DNA of 58,082 nt from a virus (Duplodnaviria; Caudoviricetes), in IMG/VR virus record IMGVR_UViG_3300048856_000104, positions 1 to 58,082 of that record. One strand, given 5' to 3'. Shown one piece after another: positions 8,302 through 17,540 of this stretch (position 1 is its first letter; every line of letters starts with the position of its first letter). Below the pieces are notes generated by a model. The model was not told the DNA's origin. It ran no database searches and saw only the letters and a program-made list of their open reading frames with translations. Both the position numbers and the translations under genes were made by a program.

Positions 8302-9993
8302 ATGAGTTTAGGAACCATCATGCAAATAGGAAACGTCTATAAGATAGAGTTCTCATTTCGCCCTTCAATCAACGAAGCGGTGAAGCAATTACCCGAACGA
8401 AAGTTCATCTATGCAGAGAAGTACTGGACGGTACCGGTGATGTACAAGACAGCGGTAAAGGCCTTTGCACATAAGCACAATCTTGACTTTAGCGAAGAGA
8501 CTGGGATTGAGCCTGAAACTGACTACACCATACCTCCAATGCCTGAACTAAAGGTTGAGATAAAGACCAAAAGGTCACTGTTGCCATGGCAGGCAAGTGG
8601 CGTAGCTTACTCTCTTGAGAAGCAGCGCTTGATAATGGCCGATGACATGGGGCTTGGTAAAACGACTCAAGCTATTGTCACCATTGAAGGGCTACACCAG
8701 CAAGGTAAATCTGCCTATCCATGCCTGATCATCTGCCCATCCGCGGTAAAAGAGAACTGGGTAACGGAGATCAGCATGAATGTTCACCGGACTGGGATAG
8801 TACTTAAAGATAGCGTTCGAAATACTTTCCCTGAGTTCTTCCGAGTGGGCATGAGCCAGTTCTTCATCGTGAACTATGAAAGCTTAAAGAAGTACTTCGT
8901 AGATCATATTGACAAACCGGATGCGGGCAAAAAGCTTCGCATCAACAACATCCATTTCAAGCAGAAATACCTTGACTTCTTTAAATCGGTGATCGTTGAT
9001 GAAAGCCATAAAGTGAAAGCGCTTACTTCTCTGAATACGAAGTTCACCAAAGGCATTTGCACCGGCAAGGAAACAATCCTGCTACTCACAGGTACACCAA
9101 TCGTGAACAAGCCAAAAGACCTTGTTTCGCAGCTCGGAATCCTAAACCGCTTAGGTGATTTCGGAGGCTACAAGTACTTTGAGAAGCGGTATTGCTCAGG
9201 GCCCAAAGAAGCTTCCAATATGAAGGAGCTGAACTACAAGCTTAACCTTATCTGCTTTTACCGCCGGAACAAGACAGATCCTGAAATCAAAAAGTTTCTT
9301 CCAGATAAAGCAAGGCAGGTGATCCAGTGTGAGCTTGATCCGGAACACCGCAGAGAGTACATGCATGCCCAGGCTGATCTTGAATCTTACATGGTCAACA
9401 TAAAGAAGCAAACGGACGAACAGGTTGCTAAGTCCATGAAAGGAGAGGTAATGGTGCGCATCGGGATTTTAAAGAACATCAGCGCCCGGGGAAAACTCAA
9501 AGATGCGTTTTCCTTCATCCAGGATATCATTAACAACGGTCAAAAGATCGTGGTATTTGCCAGCCTGAAAGATGTAATCGCCAAAGTTCAGGAGAAGTTC
9601 CCCAGATCAGTTCGCGTGACTGGAGCTGAAGATGGTAAACAGAAACAAGCTGCAGTTGACGCCTTCCAGAATGATCCTAAAATTCAGGTGATTGTACTGA
9701 ACCTAAAAGCCGGTGGTGTAGGGATCAACGGGCTACAGAACGTAGCCACTCAAATCTGCTTCATCGAGTTTGGCTGGCATGCTGCAATCATGGACCAGGC
9801 AGAAGACAGATTGTACCGCACCGGCCAGCATGCAAACGTCATGTGTACCTACTTCCTTGGAAAGAATACCATTGACGAATGGAACTACAAGTTGATCAAC
9901 AGCAAAAGAGAGATTGCAAATACGATCACTGGAGCGGAAGATCAAACAGAAGAGACTCTGATAGATAGCGTCATGACCCTTTTTAGCAAATAA
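8302..9993 (+). CDS. SNF2-family helicase with a HARP-like N-terminus
   Basis: ADDMGLGKT, VDESH, LTGTP, QAEDRLYRTGQ. Confidence 0.92.
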   Translation: MSLGTIMQIGNVYKIEFSFRPSINEAVKQLPERKFIYAEKYWTVPVMYKTAVKAFAHKHNLDFSEETGIEPETDYTIPPMPELKVEIKTKRSLLPWQASGVAYSLEKQRLIMADDMGLGKTTQAIVTIEGLHQQGKSAYPCLIICPSAVKENWVTEISMNVHRTGIVLKDSVRNTFPEFFRVGMSQFFIVNYESLKKYFVDHIDKPDAGKKLRINNIHFKQKYLDFFKSVIVDESHKVKALTSLNTKFTKGICTGKETILLLTGTPIVNKPKDLVSQLGILNRLGDFGGYKYFEKRYCSGPKEASNMKELNYKLNLICFYRRNKTDPEIKKFLPDKARQVIQCELDPEHRREYMHAQADLESYMVNIKKQTDEQVAKSMKGEVMVRIGILKNISARGKLKDAFSFIQDIINNGQKIVVFASLKDVIAKVQEKFPRSVRVTGAEDGKQKQAAVDAFQNDPKIQVIVLNLKAGGVGINGLQNVATQICFIEFGWHAAIMDQAEDRLYRTGQHANVMCTYFLGKNTIDEWNYKLINSKREIANTITGAEDQTEETLIDSVMTLFSK

Positions 9994-10013
9994 CAAACAA
10001 AAACTAACCAACT

Positions 10014-10406
10014 ATGCAAGCTACAGACATGTTCATTGGCGTCATTGACGCGCACCTGCAAAGTGTTGCCCAAGCGGATCCGCTATTTGCAGTAACATTA
10101 GCAAAGCCGAATAAAAATATAAAAGATTGTGTGACCTACATTCTGAATGAGGTGAAGAAAAGCGGCCGAAATGGCTTTGCCGACGAAGAGATATTTGGCA
10201 TGGCTATTCACTACTATGATGAAGACGATTTAAGGCCCGGTGCAGCTGTAAACGCTCAGGTGGTTGTAAATCACCGGGTAGAAGGTCTTAAACAAAAGAT
10301 GGAGAAAGCTATCGAGACTAGAAAGCATTCACCTGAGGTCAAAAAAGCAGCTAAAAAGCCTGCTCTTGTGGATAAAGATCTGGTTAACCAAATTTCATTG
10401 TTTTAA
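10014..10406 (+). CDS. PcfK-like protein (family includes AcrIIA9-like proteins)
   Basis: DPLFA...KNIKDCVTYILNEVKKSG...DEEIFGMAIHYYDE; paired with a PcfJ-like gene. Confidence 0.85.
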   Translation: MQATDMFIGVIDAHLQSVAQADPLFAVTLAKPNKNIKDCVTYILNEVKKSGRNGFADEEIFGMAIHYYDEDDLRPGAAVNAQVVVNHRVEGLKQKMEKAIETRKHSPEVKKAAKKPALVDKDLVNQISLF

Positions 10407-10407
10407 T

Positions 10408-11700
10408 ATGAAGCCAAGAAACAAATTTCAGGTCAGGGTAGATGCGCTTAGTAAAACGCTCTGGCCTATCGCTAAGAAGCTTGAGCCATGGGCATTCAAA
10501 AATTGCATAGAGCATATCGGTCATAGGAATAAGATGTGGACCAGCTGCTTAAGTTGCGGTCACGTTTGGCCAACCACATCAATGCGGATCAAGACAGAGA
10601 TTTGCGAAGGTTGCGGGTTTAAACTTAAACTCACGACCACTAGGAAACTGAAGTCCCGTGACTGGGCAAGGTTCTGCGTGTTTGATGTTGTTGAGGAGTT
10701 TCAGGTAGTTAGATTCTTTGAAATCAACTGCCTAATGAAAGCAAAGGAACAGCCGAGGTATTACACCATGGAGATTATGCAGCACTGGATCATGCCTGAT
10801 GGGAAGTTCGAAATCAGAAGTACTCAAGTTGGCGGGATGGGCATGTCATACGATCATTTCTGTGGTGGCGAAATTACGCTCAAGGATAAAAAGGACCTCT
10901 GGAAATATAACATCTCAGTCTACAAAGTGCATCCTGAAATTAAGCTGATGCCAGTATACAAGCGTAACGGACTTACTTCAAAGCTGATGAACCTAAGACC
11001 ATTTGATCTGCTCAAGCACCTGCCTAACGATGCTAAAACAGAAACCCTACTAAAGACTGGACAAATGGCACTGTTAGCTGCTCAACTTGGACAACGAGGT
11101 TCTGCAGTTTACAGGTTCTGGCCATCTGTTAAGATTTGCATTCGCCAGGGTTACACCGTAAAAGATGCTACTGCTTGGCTTGATTACCTTGATCTGCTGG
11201 ACTACTTCAGAAAGGACTTGCGCAGCGCCACGTACGTGTGCCCTCATAACCTTAAAAAAGAACATGACCGGTTAGTTGAAAAGAAGCGTCAAGTTCAGCA
11301 GAAGCGTGACCTGGAGCAAAAGCGTATGCAGGCGATCAATGATGAAGTAGCCTATCAACAGGCCAAAGCGGCATTCTTTGGATTGGTATTTAAGGAAAAG
11401 GATGTGACTGTAAAAGTCCTTGAGAGTGTTCAGGAATTCGTGGAGGAAGGGGATACCCACAAGCACTGTGTATTTACTAACTCCTACTACAAGAAAGAGG
11501 ATTCGCTTATATTTTCAGCCAAAGTAGATGGTAAGTCAGTCGAGACGATCGAGGTGTCCCTTTCCAAAATGGATGTGGTACAGTCACGAGGTTTGCAAAA
11601 CTCACCATCTCCATACCATCAGCAGATTCTTGACTTGGTTAGGAAGAACATGAACGCAATTGTAGCTAGGAGTAAAGAATTTAGAAGAGAGGTTGCATAA
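10408..11700 (+). CDS. PcfJ-domain protein
   Basis: N-terminal zinc ribbon; WLDYL...LKKEHD; EEGDTHKHCV; QSRG; start at MKPRNK. Confidence 0.85.
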   Translation: MKPRNKFQVRVDALSKTLWPIAKKLEPWAFKNCIEHIGHRNKMWTSCLSCGHVWPTTSMRIKTEICEGCGFKLKLTTTRKLKSRDWARFCVFDVVEEFQVVRFFEINCLMKAKEQPRYYTMEIMQHWIMPDGKFEIRSTQVGGMGMSYDHFCGGEITLKDKKDLWKYNISVYKVHPEIKLMPVYKRNGLTSKLMNLRPFDLLKHLPNDAKTETLLKTGQMALLAAQLGQRGSAVYRFWPSVKICIRQGYTVKDATAWLDYLDLLDYFRKDLRSATYVCPHNLKKEHDRLVEKKRQVQQKRDLEQKRMQAINDEVAYQQAKAAFFGLVFKEKDVTVKVLESVQEFVEEGDTHKHCVFTNSYYKKEDSLIFSAKVDGKSVETIEVSLSKMDVVQSRGLQNSPSPYHQQILDLVRKNMNAIVARSKEFRREVA

Positions 11701-11705
11701 TGAAA

Positions 11706-11885
11706 TCAGGAAAGGGACTTGTAGAAGAACATCAGGGCCATAATCACACAGCAAATGATGCCACACCACAATCTAAATAATGAACCTTCCAGTATAATCT
11801 TTTTTCGGTACCAATACAACGAAAACAGTCCTAAAGAAACAAAGAGGCATAATATACCAAGCCCAAAGAACTTCAAATCAATCAT
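11706..11885 (-). CDS. Small two-TM membrane protein (moron)
   Basis: MIDLKFFGLG...; two hydrophobic segments; its ATG overlaps the divergent ATG at 11884. Confidence 0.5.
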   Translation of the reverse strand: MIDLKFFGLGILCLFVSLGLFSLYWYRKKIILEGSLFRLWCGIICCVIMALMFFYKSLS

Positions 11886-13089
11886 GACTAAAGATATAAA
11901 ACAAACCAACATGTTTGCTGGCACTAAGCGTCTGCAGATGAATGAAAGCATTGAACTAACTGTTCAATCCCTAAAAGCCTACGGGCCGAAATACAATTAC
12001 TGGTGCATTGCTTGGTCAGGCGGTAAAGATAGTACCACACTCGTTACGCTGATCGTCTACTTGATCATCTCAAGGCAGATCAATCCTCCGAAGAAGATCT
12101 ACATCATGTATGCAGATACCCGTCTTGAAATGCTTCCTCTTTTTGCAGCAGCACAAATGATCATGGAAGAGCTTGCCGAGCATGGGTTTGAAGTGCAAGT
12201 CGTGATGGCTTCACTTGAAAACAGGTTTTTGACCTATATGCTTGGCCGTGGGGTTCCGCCTCCGAACAACGCAACGTTCAGGTGGTGTACGTCAAGAATC
12301 AAGATTGAGCCGATGGAGCTTGCCCTGGAAAAGCTTGTTGGCGATCTTGGAGAGAAAGTTCTAATGCTTACCGGCGTGCGCCAGGGTGAGTCAGCCATCC
12401 GCGATCAGCGGATCATCATGAGCTGTGGCAAGAACGGAGCCGAGTGCGGTCAGGGATGGTACCAGGAAACACTTCCTAAATCATTATGCGATACACTTGC
12501 ACCAATACTTCACTGGAGGGTGTGCCATGTTTGGGAATGGCTTAAGCACTGGGCACCTTTGCCTGAGTATGGTGACTTCTCAACTGAGCTTATTGCGGAA
12601 GTGTACGGAGGGGATGAGGCTGAAGAGATCAACGCTCGAACGGGCTGCTCTGGTTGTCCGCTTACCGATAAAGACACTGCACTTGATAATATCCTGAAAA
12701 AGCCAAAGTGGCTGTACCTGGCACCGATCAAACGCTTGAGACCTATTTTCCGGGAACTACGTAAAGCTCAAAACAGATTGAAGAAGACTGGCCTGGAGGT
12801 TAGCAATGAAAAGAACAAGCAGCGCATGGGCCCGCTAACAATGGGAGCAAGAGAGTGGGCATTTACTGAAATCCTGAAGATTCAGGATGAGATTAATGCT
12901 GAAGCTACCAAGCAGGGTATGCCGACCATCTCGCTTCTTAACGAAGAAGAGCAAGCGTTCATTCGTAAATGTTGGGAAGAAAACCTCTGGCCAAACAAGT
13001 GGACCGGAGCAGAGCCTACCGGTGACACCATCATGGATACTGTCTATCCGGATGGATCAATTCAACCATTAATAAAATTTGGAGAGTAA
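11884..13089 (+). CDS. PAPS-reductase family protein, DndC-like
   Basis: WSGGKDS PP-loop, DTRLE, GRGVPPP..FRWCT..KIEP, GVRQGES, RTGCSGCP. Confidence 0.88.
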   Translation: MTKDIKQTNMFAGTKRLQMNESIELTVQSLKAYGPKYNYWCIAWSGGKDSTTLVTLIVYLIISRQINPPKKIYIMYADTRLEMLPLFAAAQMIMEELAEHGFEVQVVMASLENRFLTYMLGRGVPPPNNATFRWCTSRIKIEPMELALEKLVGDLGEKVLMLTGVRQGESAIRDQRIIMSCGKNGAECGQGWYQETLPKSLCDTLAPILHWRVCHVWEWLKHWAPLPEYGDFSTELIAEVYGGDEAEEINARTGCSGCPLTDKDTALDNILKKPKWLYLAPIKRLRPIFRELRKAQNRLKKTGLEVSNEKNKQRMGPLTMGAREWAFTEILKIQDEINAEATKQGMPTISLLNEEEQAFIRKCWEENLWPNKWTGAEPTGDTIMDTVYPDGSIQPLIKFGE

Positions 13090-13112
13090 CAAGTTTTTAA
13101 ATATAACCATGA

Positions 13113-13280
13113 TTACCTCTTGGTGCGAAGCGATGGCAGCAAAAAACAGAGAATTAACACGGGAGGTAGCATAGCTAAGAATGTAGATAAGGACCATCCG
13201 CGCGTAATGAGGTAATATGTACCCATTAAAACGCTCAGCAAGCAACATAATGCTATTCCTGTTCCTAAAATCTTTTTAAT
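13113..13280 (-). CDS. Small two-TM membrane protein (moron)
   Basis: MEKYYG...; two hydrophobic helices; upstream TACTTTTG (13328-13321). The ORF track gives 13113..13301. Confidence 0.45.
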   Translation of the reverse strand: MKKILGTGIALCCLLSVLMGTYYLITRGWSLSTFLAMLPPVLILCFLLPSLRTKR

Positions 13281-13343
13281 AAGCCCGTAGTATTTCTCCA
13301 TCTATTCAAATTTCAGTCGTCAAAAGTAATCCTAAAAAACATA

Positions 13344-13544
13344 ATGGCAAAACCAATTAAACCATCAGAAAAGCAGGCCATGGTTGACATGTTCAACTCG
13401 TTGCCTGAAGATATGACCAACAAGTACGAGATCGTAGCAAAACACTTTAAGCGCTCAACATCCGCCTGCTTCCGGGTCATAAAGGAATCGCAGCAGCGCG
13501 AACCCAACGTTAAATATTTCGATCATACCACCTTTCCATTCTAG
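13344..13544 (+). CDS. Small HTH-like protein
   Basis: YEIVAKHFKRSTSACFRVI. Confidence 0.6.
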   Translation: MAKPIKPSEKQAMVDMFNSLPEDMTNKYEIVAKHFKRSTSACFRVIKESQQREPNVKYFDHTTFPF

Positions 13545-13548
13545 TACC

Positions 13549-14049
13549 ATGGCAAATAAGTATTCACCAAAGGAGATTGACTTCATCATTGAAAATCACT
13601 CCATACTTGAAGATCAAGACATAGCACGTCACCTTGGCCGTACGCTTAAAGGCATCCAGTTTAAAAGGCGTGAAATGAAGCTAAGCAAGCGGCATACACC
13701 AACAAAAGTTATGAAAGCAAGAACACTCAACGTCGAGTACAATGCGCTCGTTTGCTTCTTAAGCACTGGTAAGCTTACCGATATCGCTAAGAGCAGGATC
13801 AAGGAGATCAGCAACAATCACCGTATCTTAAGAGTTCGCCTACCTCGTAAAAGGAAGATTCAGGACAAGTATGGATTATGCTGTGAACTCTATATCCATG
13901 GGCTAAGCTATTCGCAAATTGGTCTACGAACTGGTATGCACAAAGCGAACGTTCAAAAGATCATCAATCGGTACAGGCCTTATACTGGAAAGCACCAGGT
14001 GACCATCACGCTACAGTCTAAAATGAACTTCAAAACGGGATCGCTGTAA
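13549..14049 (+). CDS. Double-HTH DNA-binding protein
   Basis: DIARHLGRTLKGI and LSYSQIGLRTGMHKANVQKII. Confidence 0.7.
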   Translation: MANKYSPKEIDFIIENHSILEDQDIARHLGRTLKGIQFKRREMKLSKRHTPTKVMKARTLNVEYNALVCFLSTGKLTDIAKSRIKEISNNHRILRVRLPRKRKIQDKYGLCCELYIHGLSYSQIGLRTGMHKANVQKIINRYRPYTGKHQVTITLQSKMNFKTGSL

Positions 14050-14054
14050 CTTAA

Positions 14055-14083
14055 AATATGCTTAAAAAACATACTGCGAATAT
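14055..14083 (+). promoter_or_regulatory. Palindromic operator, copy 1 (before replication genes)
   Basis: AATATG-cttaaaaaa-CATACT-GCGAATAT. Confidence 0.7.
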
Positions 14084-14104
14084 TATAGATAATTAACTAA
14101 TTTA

Positions 14105-14210
14105 GCGGTTCGGTTGGTAGCCGTAAGACATTCAAACATTACCCTGTACACCATCTTATGCGTTCTGCATTTGATCCAAGCTACCAACCTTTGGTGTGCA
14201 GGGTAATGTT
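14105..14210 (+). ncRNA. Structured leader or sRNA with a pseudoknot upstream of the replication initiator
   Basis: GGTTGGTAGC (14112-14121) pairs with GCTACCAACC (14180-14189); 19-bp stem 14135-14153/14192-14210 with one G-U. Confidence 0.7.
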
Positions 14211-14228
14211 ACTTAAGTAAATAAGATC

Positions 14229-15125
14229 ATGGCCAGACCTGAAAGGAACAATGTGGACTACTTCCCATTCTATTGTGAAGATGGTAAGAAGATGTTTTAC
14301 ATCGAGGAAACCTACGGTAATGATGGGTTTGCAACATTCATCAAGATCCTTCGTGAGCTTGCTAAAACTGATTACCACTACCTCGATCTATCTAAAAATA
14401 CCACCATGATGTTCCTTAGCGCCAAGTGTAAAATCACAAAGGATCTGCTTGAAAATATCATTAACGACCTGGTGGAACTCGGCAAGTTCAATGACATGCT
14501 ATGGAGAGAAAATAAGATCATTTGGTGTCAGGACTTCATCGATAGTGTTCAGGATGCTTATAAAAAACGAAATAACGATTGTATTACGTTCGATGGTTTA
14601 CTCCACCTTTTAGATGGTTTAGGTATCCGTAAACTTGGTTTAAGTGAAACTACAGTACCCGTAAAACCACAAAGAAAAGAAAAGGAAATAAAAGAAGAGA
14701 AAACTAAAGAAAAGGAGAGTAAAGAAAACGATCTAACACCCTCTGAATTGAACTTTGATCTTCGAGACAAAATCCTGAAAAATTTCAATTTCAATGAGGT
14801 GTCCAACTTCGATAAGCTTCGAGATGCATCAGATTTTTTAAAGTGCATTTCAATCGGTGATCGTCTTCAATATTTCGAAGACCAGATGGATGCTTATTTC
14901 GAATACAAAAAGATCACCAACGGCTTAGACTTCATTCATTCATTTAAAAAATTCCTTGGATCTCATGACCAGCTGTTCCTTGACGGAGCTTGGAACGCTG
15001 AGAACTGGATTAAAAAATTAGAAATCGAAAAATCAAAACCCAAAACCAATGGAAAAGCCAATTACCAAAATTCTGGAAGACGCTCACACCTCAACCCACC
15101 ATCAAATAGTTACACCAAACTATGA
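14229..15125 (+). CDS. Replication initiator (DUF4373/Lin1244-like)
   Basis: MARPERNNVDYFP...IEETYGNDG N-terminus; KEKEIKEEK linker; ATPase follows. Confidence 0.85.
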   Translation: MARPERNNVDYFPFYCEDGKKMFYIEETYGNDGFATFIKILRELAKTDYHYLDLSKNTTMMFLSAKCKITKDLLENIINDLVELGKFNDMLWRENKIIWCQDFIDSVQDAYKKRNNDCITFDGLLHLLDGLGIRKLGLSETTVPVKPQRKEKEIKEEKTKEKESKENDLTPSELNFDLRDKILKNFNFNEVSNFDKLRDASDFLKCISIGDRLQYFEDQMDAYFEYKKITNGLDFIHSFKKFLGSHDQLFLDGAWNAENWIKKLEIEKSKPKTNGKANYQNSGRRSHLNPPSNSYTKL

Positions 15126-15912
15126 TCACATCGAACTCAATGACGAGGAAGTTCAAGCCTGGACAGACTGGGCGTTAAGAATCGCTCGCAAAAAGAAAGC
15201 AGCTGCGATTGCTGAAATGGCCTATTCAAGAAAACTCATACAGCCTACCTATCAAGTCAAATTCAACTATGACCAACTGAAGGATTATCTGGTGAAAAAG
15301 CACAACATCGTTGATGCGACAGAAACTGACAAGATTCAACACTACATCGATTTCAGAGAAGAGTACTTTGTGATTGATGATGATAACCGTGAGATCTTTG
15401 AGATGCTGCTCATGTACTTTTCAAATGATCCATCTTTTGAACTTTCAGGCGAGTACAGCCTCAAAAAAGGAATACTAATCAACGGCCCGACGGGTTGCGG
15501 TAAAACCAAACTCATGAAGATCTTCAGCCAGAATACATTTCGGCCATTCATCACCACCTCAGCGCGAACCATTGCTGACTCGTATCAGGAAGATGGAATT
15601 GATGCACTCAACAAGTTCTCCAGCTTGCTTCCCGTATATCCTCAAAGGAATTTCGGATTCGATGCAATAGGACACTGTTTTGATGATTTAGGTACCGAAG
15701 ACGATAAAAAGAACTACGGAAACCAGGTAAATGTACTTCAGGACATCATCTACAAAGTATATGATCAAGAGCTCACAGGCTGGTTCCATATGACAACAAA
15801 TCTTGGTGGTCAAGAGATAGATTCCATCTACGGAACACGCATCAGAAGCCGTATGCGAGAAATGTATAACCAGATCATGTTCTCACCAACAGCAAAAGAT
15901 CGGAGGAAATAA
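15049..15912 (+). CDS. DnaC/IstB-like helicase-loader ATPase
   Basis: GPTGCGKT, FDDLG, TTNL, YGTRIRSR. Confidence 0.85.
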   Translation: MEKPITKILEDAHTSTHHQIVTPNYDHIELNDEEVQAWTDWALRIARKKKAAAIAEMAYSRKLIQPTYQVKFNYDQLKDYLVKKHNIVDATETDKIQHYIDFREEYFVIDDDNREIFEMLLMYFSNDPSFELSGEYSLKKGILINGPTGCGKTKLMKIFSQNTFRPFITTSARTIADSYQEDGIDALNKFSSLLPVYPQRNFGFDAIGHCFDDLGTEDDKKNYGNQVNVLQDIIYKVYDQELTGWFHMTTNLGGQEIDSIYGTRIRSRMREMYNQIMFSPTAKDRRK

Positions 15913-15915
15913 GCG

Positions 15916-16203
15916 ATGATGGAAGATGCAAATACAGCAATACTGGTGCTTTCAGGTAAGCATCCCTTTCAAATCGCGATGCAGGAAGCGCTACAGCAAA
16001 TTGAAGAAATAGATCTAAGGTCCTTAACCCGAGATCATGAAGGTGACATAACTGATGGTTATGAAGATGTTGTGGACATTGAGATTCAACAAAGACAGAT
16101 GAGAGTTCTTTTTATCTCCTCGGATCTGATCGGATACCCAAAGATGTTCGACGATATAGTGCCGCAAAACTTGTATAAACGCTTCCGAGAGGATCCATTC
16201 TAA
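15916..16203 (+). CDS. Hypothetical acidic protein
   Basis: ORF packing. Confidence 0.55.
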   Translation: MMEDANTAILVLSGKHPFQIAMQEALQQIEEIDLRSLTRDHEGDITDGYEDVVDIEIQQRQMRVLFISSDLIGYPKMFDDIVPQNLYKRFREDPF

Positions 16204-16241
16204 ATATTAACTAATTCCCAAACTGCACAACTAAAAAGAAA

Positions 16242-16469
16242 ATGGACAATTTATCAGTAAAATCAGACATGGATATCTTCATTGAGAAGTACCAACCGTC
16301 AAAATTCAAGAAATTAAAAAACAGCGTTGAGGTTCGTAGTGTCGTAGATGCCGAGAAAGCATCAAATAAAGCCACAGAATTAATCAACTCCCTTTCATTG
16401 GGGTTAGTGGTCGTTCGAGATGCGAACGCGGCTTGTAGAGGCGCATTTGAAGTTTGCAGGACTACCTAA
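16242..16469 (+). CDS. Hypothetical protein
   Basis: ORF with an A-rich start. Confidence 0.55.
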   Translation: MDNLSVKSDMDIFIEKYQPSKFKKLKNSVEVRSVVDAEKASNKATELINSLSLGLVVVRDANAACRGAFEVCRTT

Positions 16470-16473
16470 TACA

Positions 16474-17100
16474 TTATTTTAAAATAGGAGACAGGGCTTT
16501 GATGTAAATCTTCTCTGATTTGGCCGTGAGTGAAAAGGTTTGAAAATACTTATTACCAGATAAGTCCTGGTAATCTACGCGAAATGATACAGCCCAATAA
16601 AGCCTGTTGTAAAAAAGCTCGCCAACTGAGATATATAGATCAGCAAGTTCACTGTAATTTTCATCAATTAAGCTAACGTCTCCTGGCATAATACCGTTCA
16701 AAATACAAGTGTGCATTTGTGGCATTACGGAGAAACTTACGTTTCGTGCATGGTGCTTCAAAATTCTAAATTGAAGAAAGAGGTGAATTTTTATTTCATC
16801 GCCTATAGTAAAATCTGGATCGCCATATGGTTCAAGGGTAAAAATTGGCATGATCTCATTTCTAAATCGTTCTTGCTCAATTTTCGTAATTGCTTGCTGA
16901 TCCCGTTGTACGATTCGCTGTGATTGTAGCGTATGCCAAAGAAAAACTGCAGAGACAATAGCTACTAAGACCATGACCCAGTCGGCCAGTGATCCAATTG
17001 AGAATGCATTGTCGAAATAAAAGTTGAATGAGAACATAAACATCAATTGACTAGCAAGAATATAAAAATATTTTGATTTATGACAACACGCGAAATACAC
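16474..17100 (-). CDS. Membrane-anchored hypothetical protein (moron); true start probably near 17043
   Basis: GSLADWVMVLVAIVSAVFLW helix; opposite strand; AT-rich. Confidence 0.65.
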   Translation of the reverse strand: MYFACCHKSKYFYILASQLMFMFSFNFYFDNAFSIGSLADWVMVLVAIVSAVFLWHTLQSQRIVQRDQQAITKIEQERFRNEIMPIFTLEPYGDPDFTIGDEIKIHLFLQFRILKHHARNVSFSVMPQMHTCILNGIMPGDVSLIDENYSELADLYISVGELFYNRLYWAVSFRVDYQDLSGNKYFQTFSLTAKSEKIYIKALSPILK

Positions 17101-17499
17101 GAGCCTGTAAAAGACCTTTCAGAAAAGTACGAGCTTGATTGGACCAGATATTATCCGGAAAATCACCACTACACAGTTATAGCCATCCTAACTGGCTTGC
17201 CAATCGAGGAGATCAAAGCCGCATCACCGGTAACTGATTGCTGGGGTGGTCAGCGGTTCGTGGAGGTATTTCAAAAGCTTGGATTCAATGTAAGCCCCAG
17301 GTTCAAGAAGTTTGATCCGTACACAGAGTACCCGTGCTTGATGAGAAACAAGCGGACTGACATCAAAGAGCCTTACTGGTACCTGGAAGTTTATTATGAT
17401 GGCAAGGTTTACAGTGGCAACTGTTATTGCTCGCTTGAAAATTGGGTTAAGCAGCATCCCCAATGCAAAATCACATCCATGCTGCAGGTATTGCTTTGA
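17080..17499 (+). CDS. Hypothetical phage protein
   Basis: 139 aa ORF. Confidence 0.65.
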   Translation: MTTREIHEPVKDLSEKYELDWTRYYPENHHYTVIAILTGLPIEEIKAASPVTDCWGGQRFVEVFQKLGFNVSPRFKKFDPYTEYPCLMRNKRTDIKEPYWYLEVYYDGKVYSGNCYCSLENWVKQHPQCKITSMLQVLL

Positions 17500-17540
17500 T
17501 TTACCTATCTTGGATATAAGAAGAAATCTAACAAAAAAGT

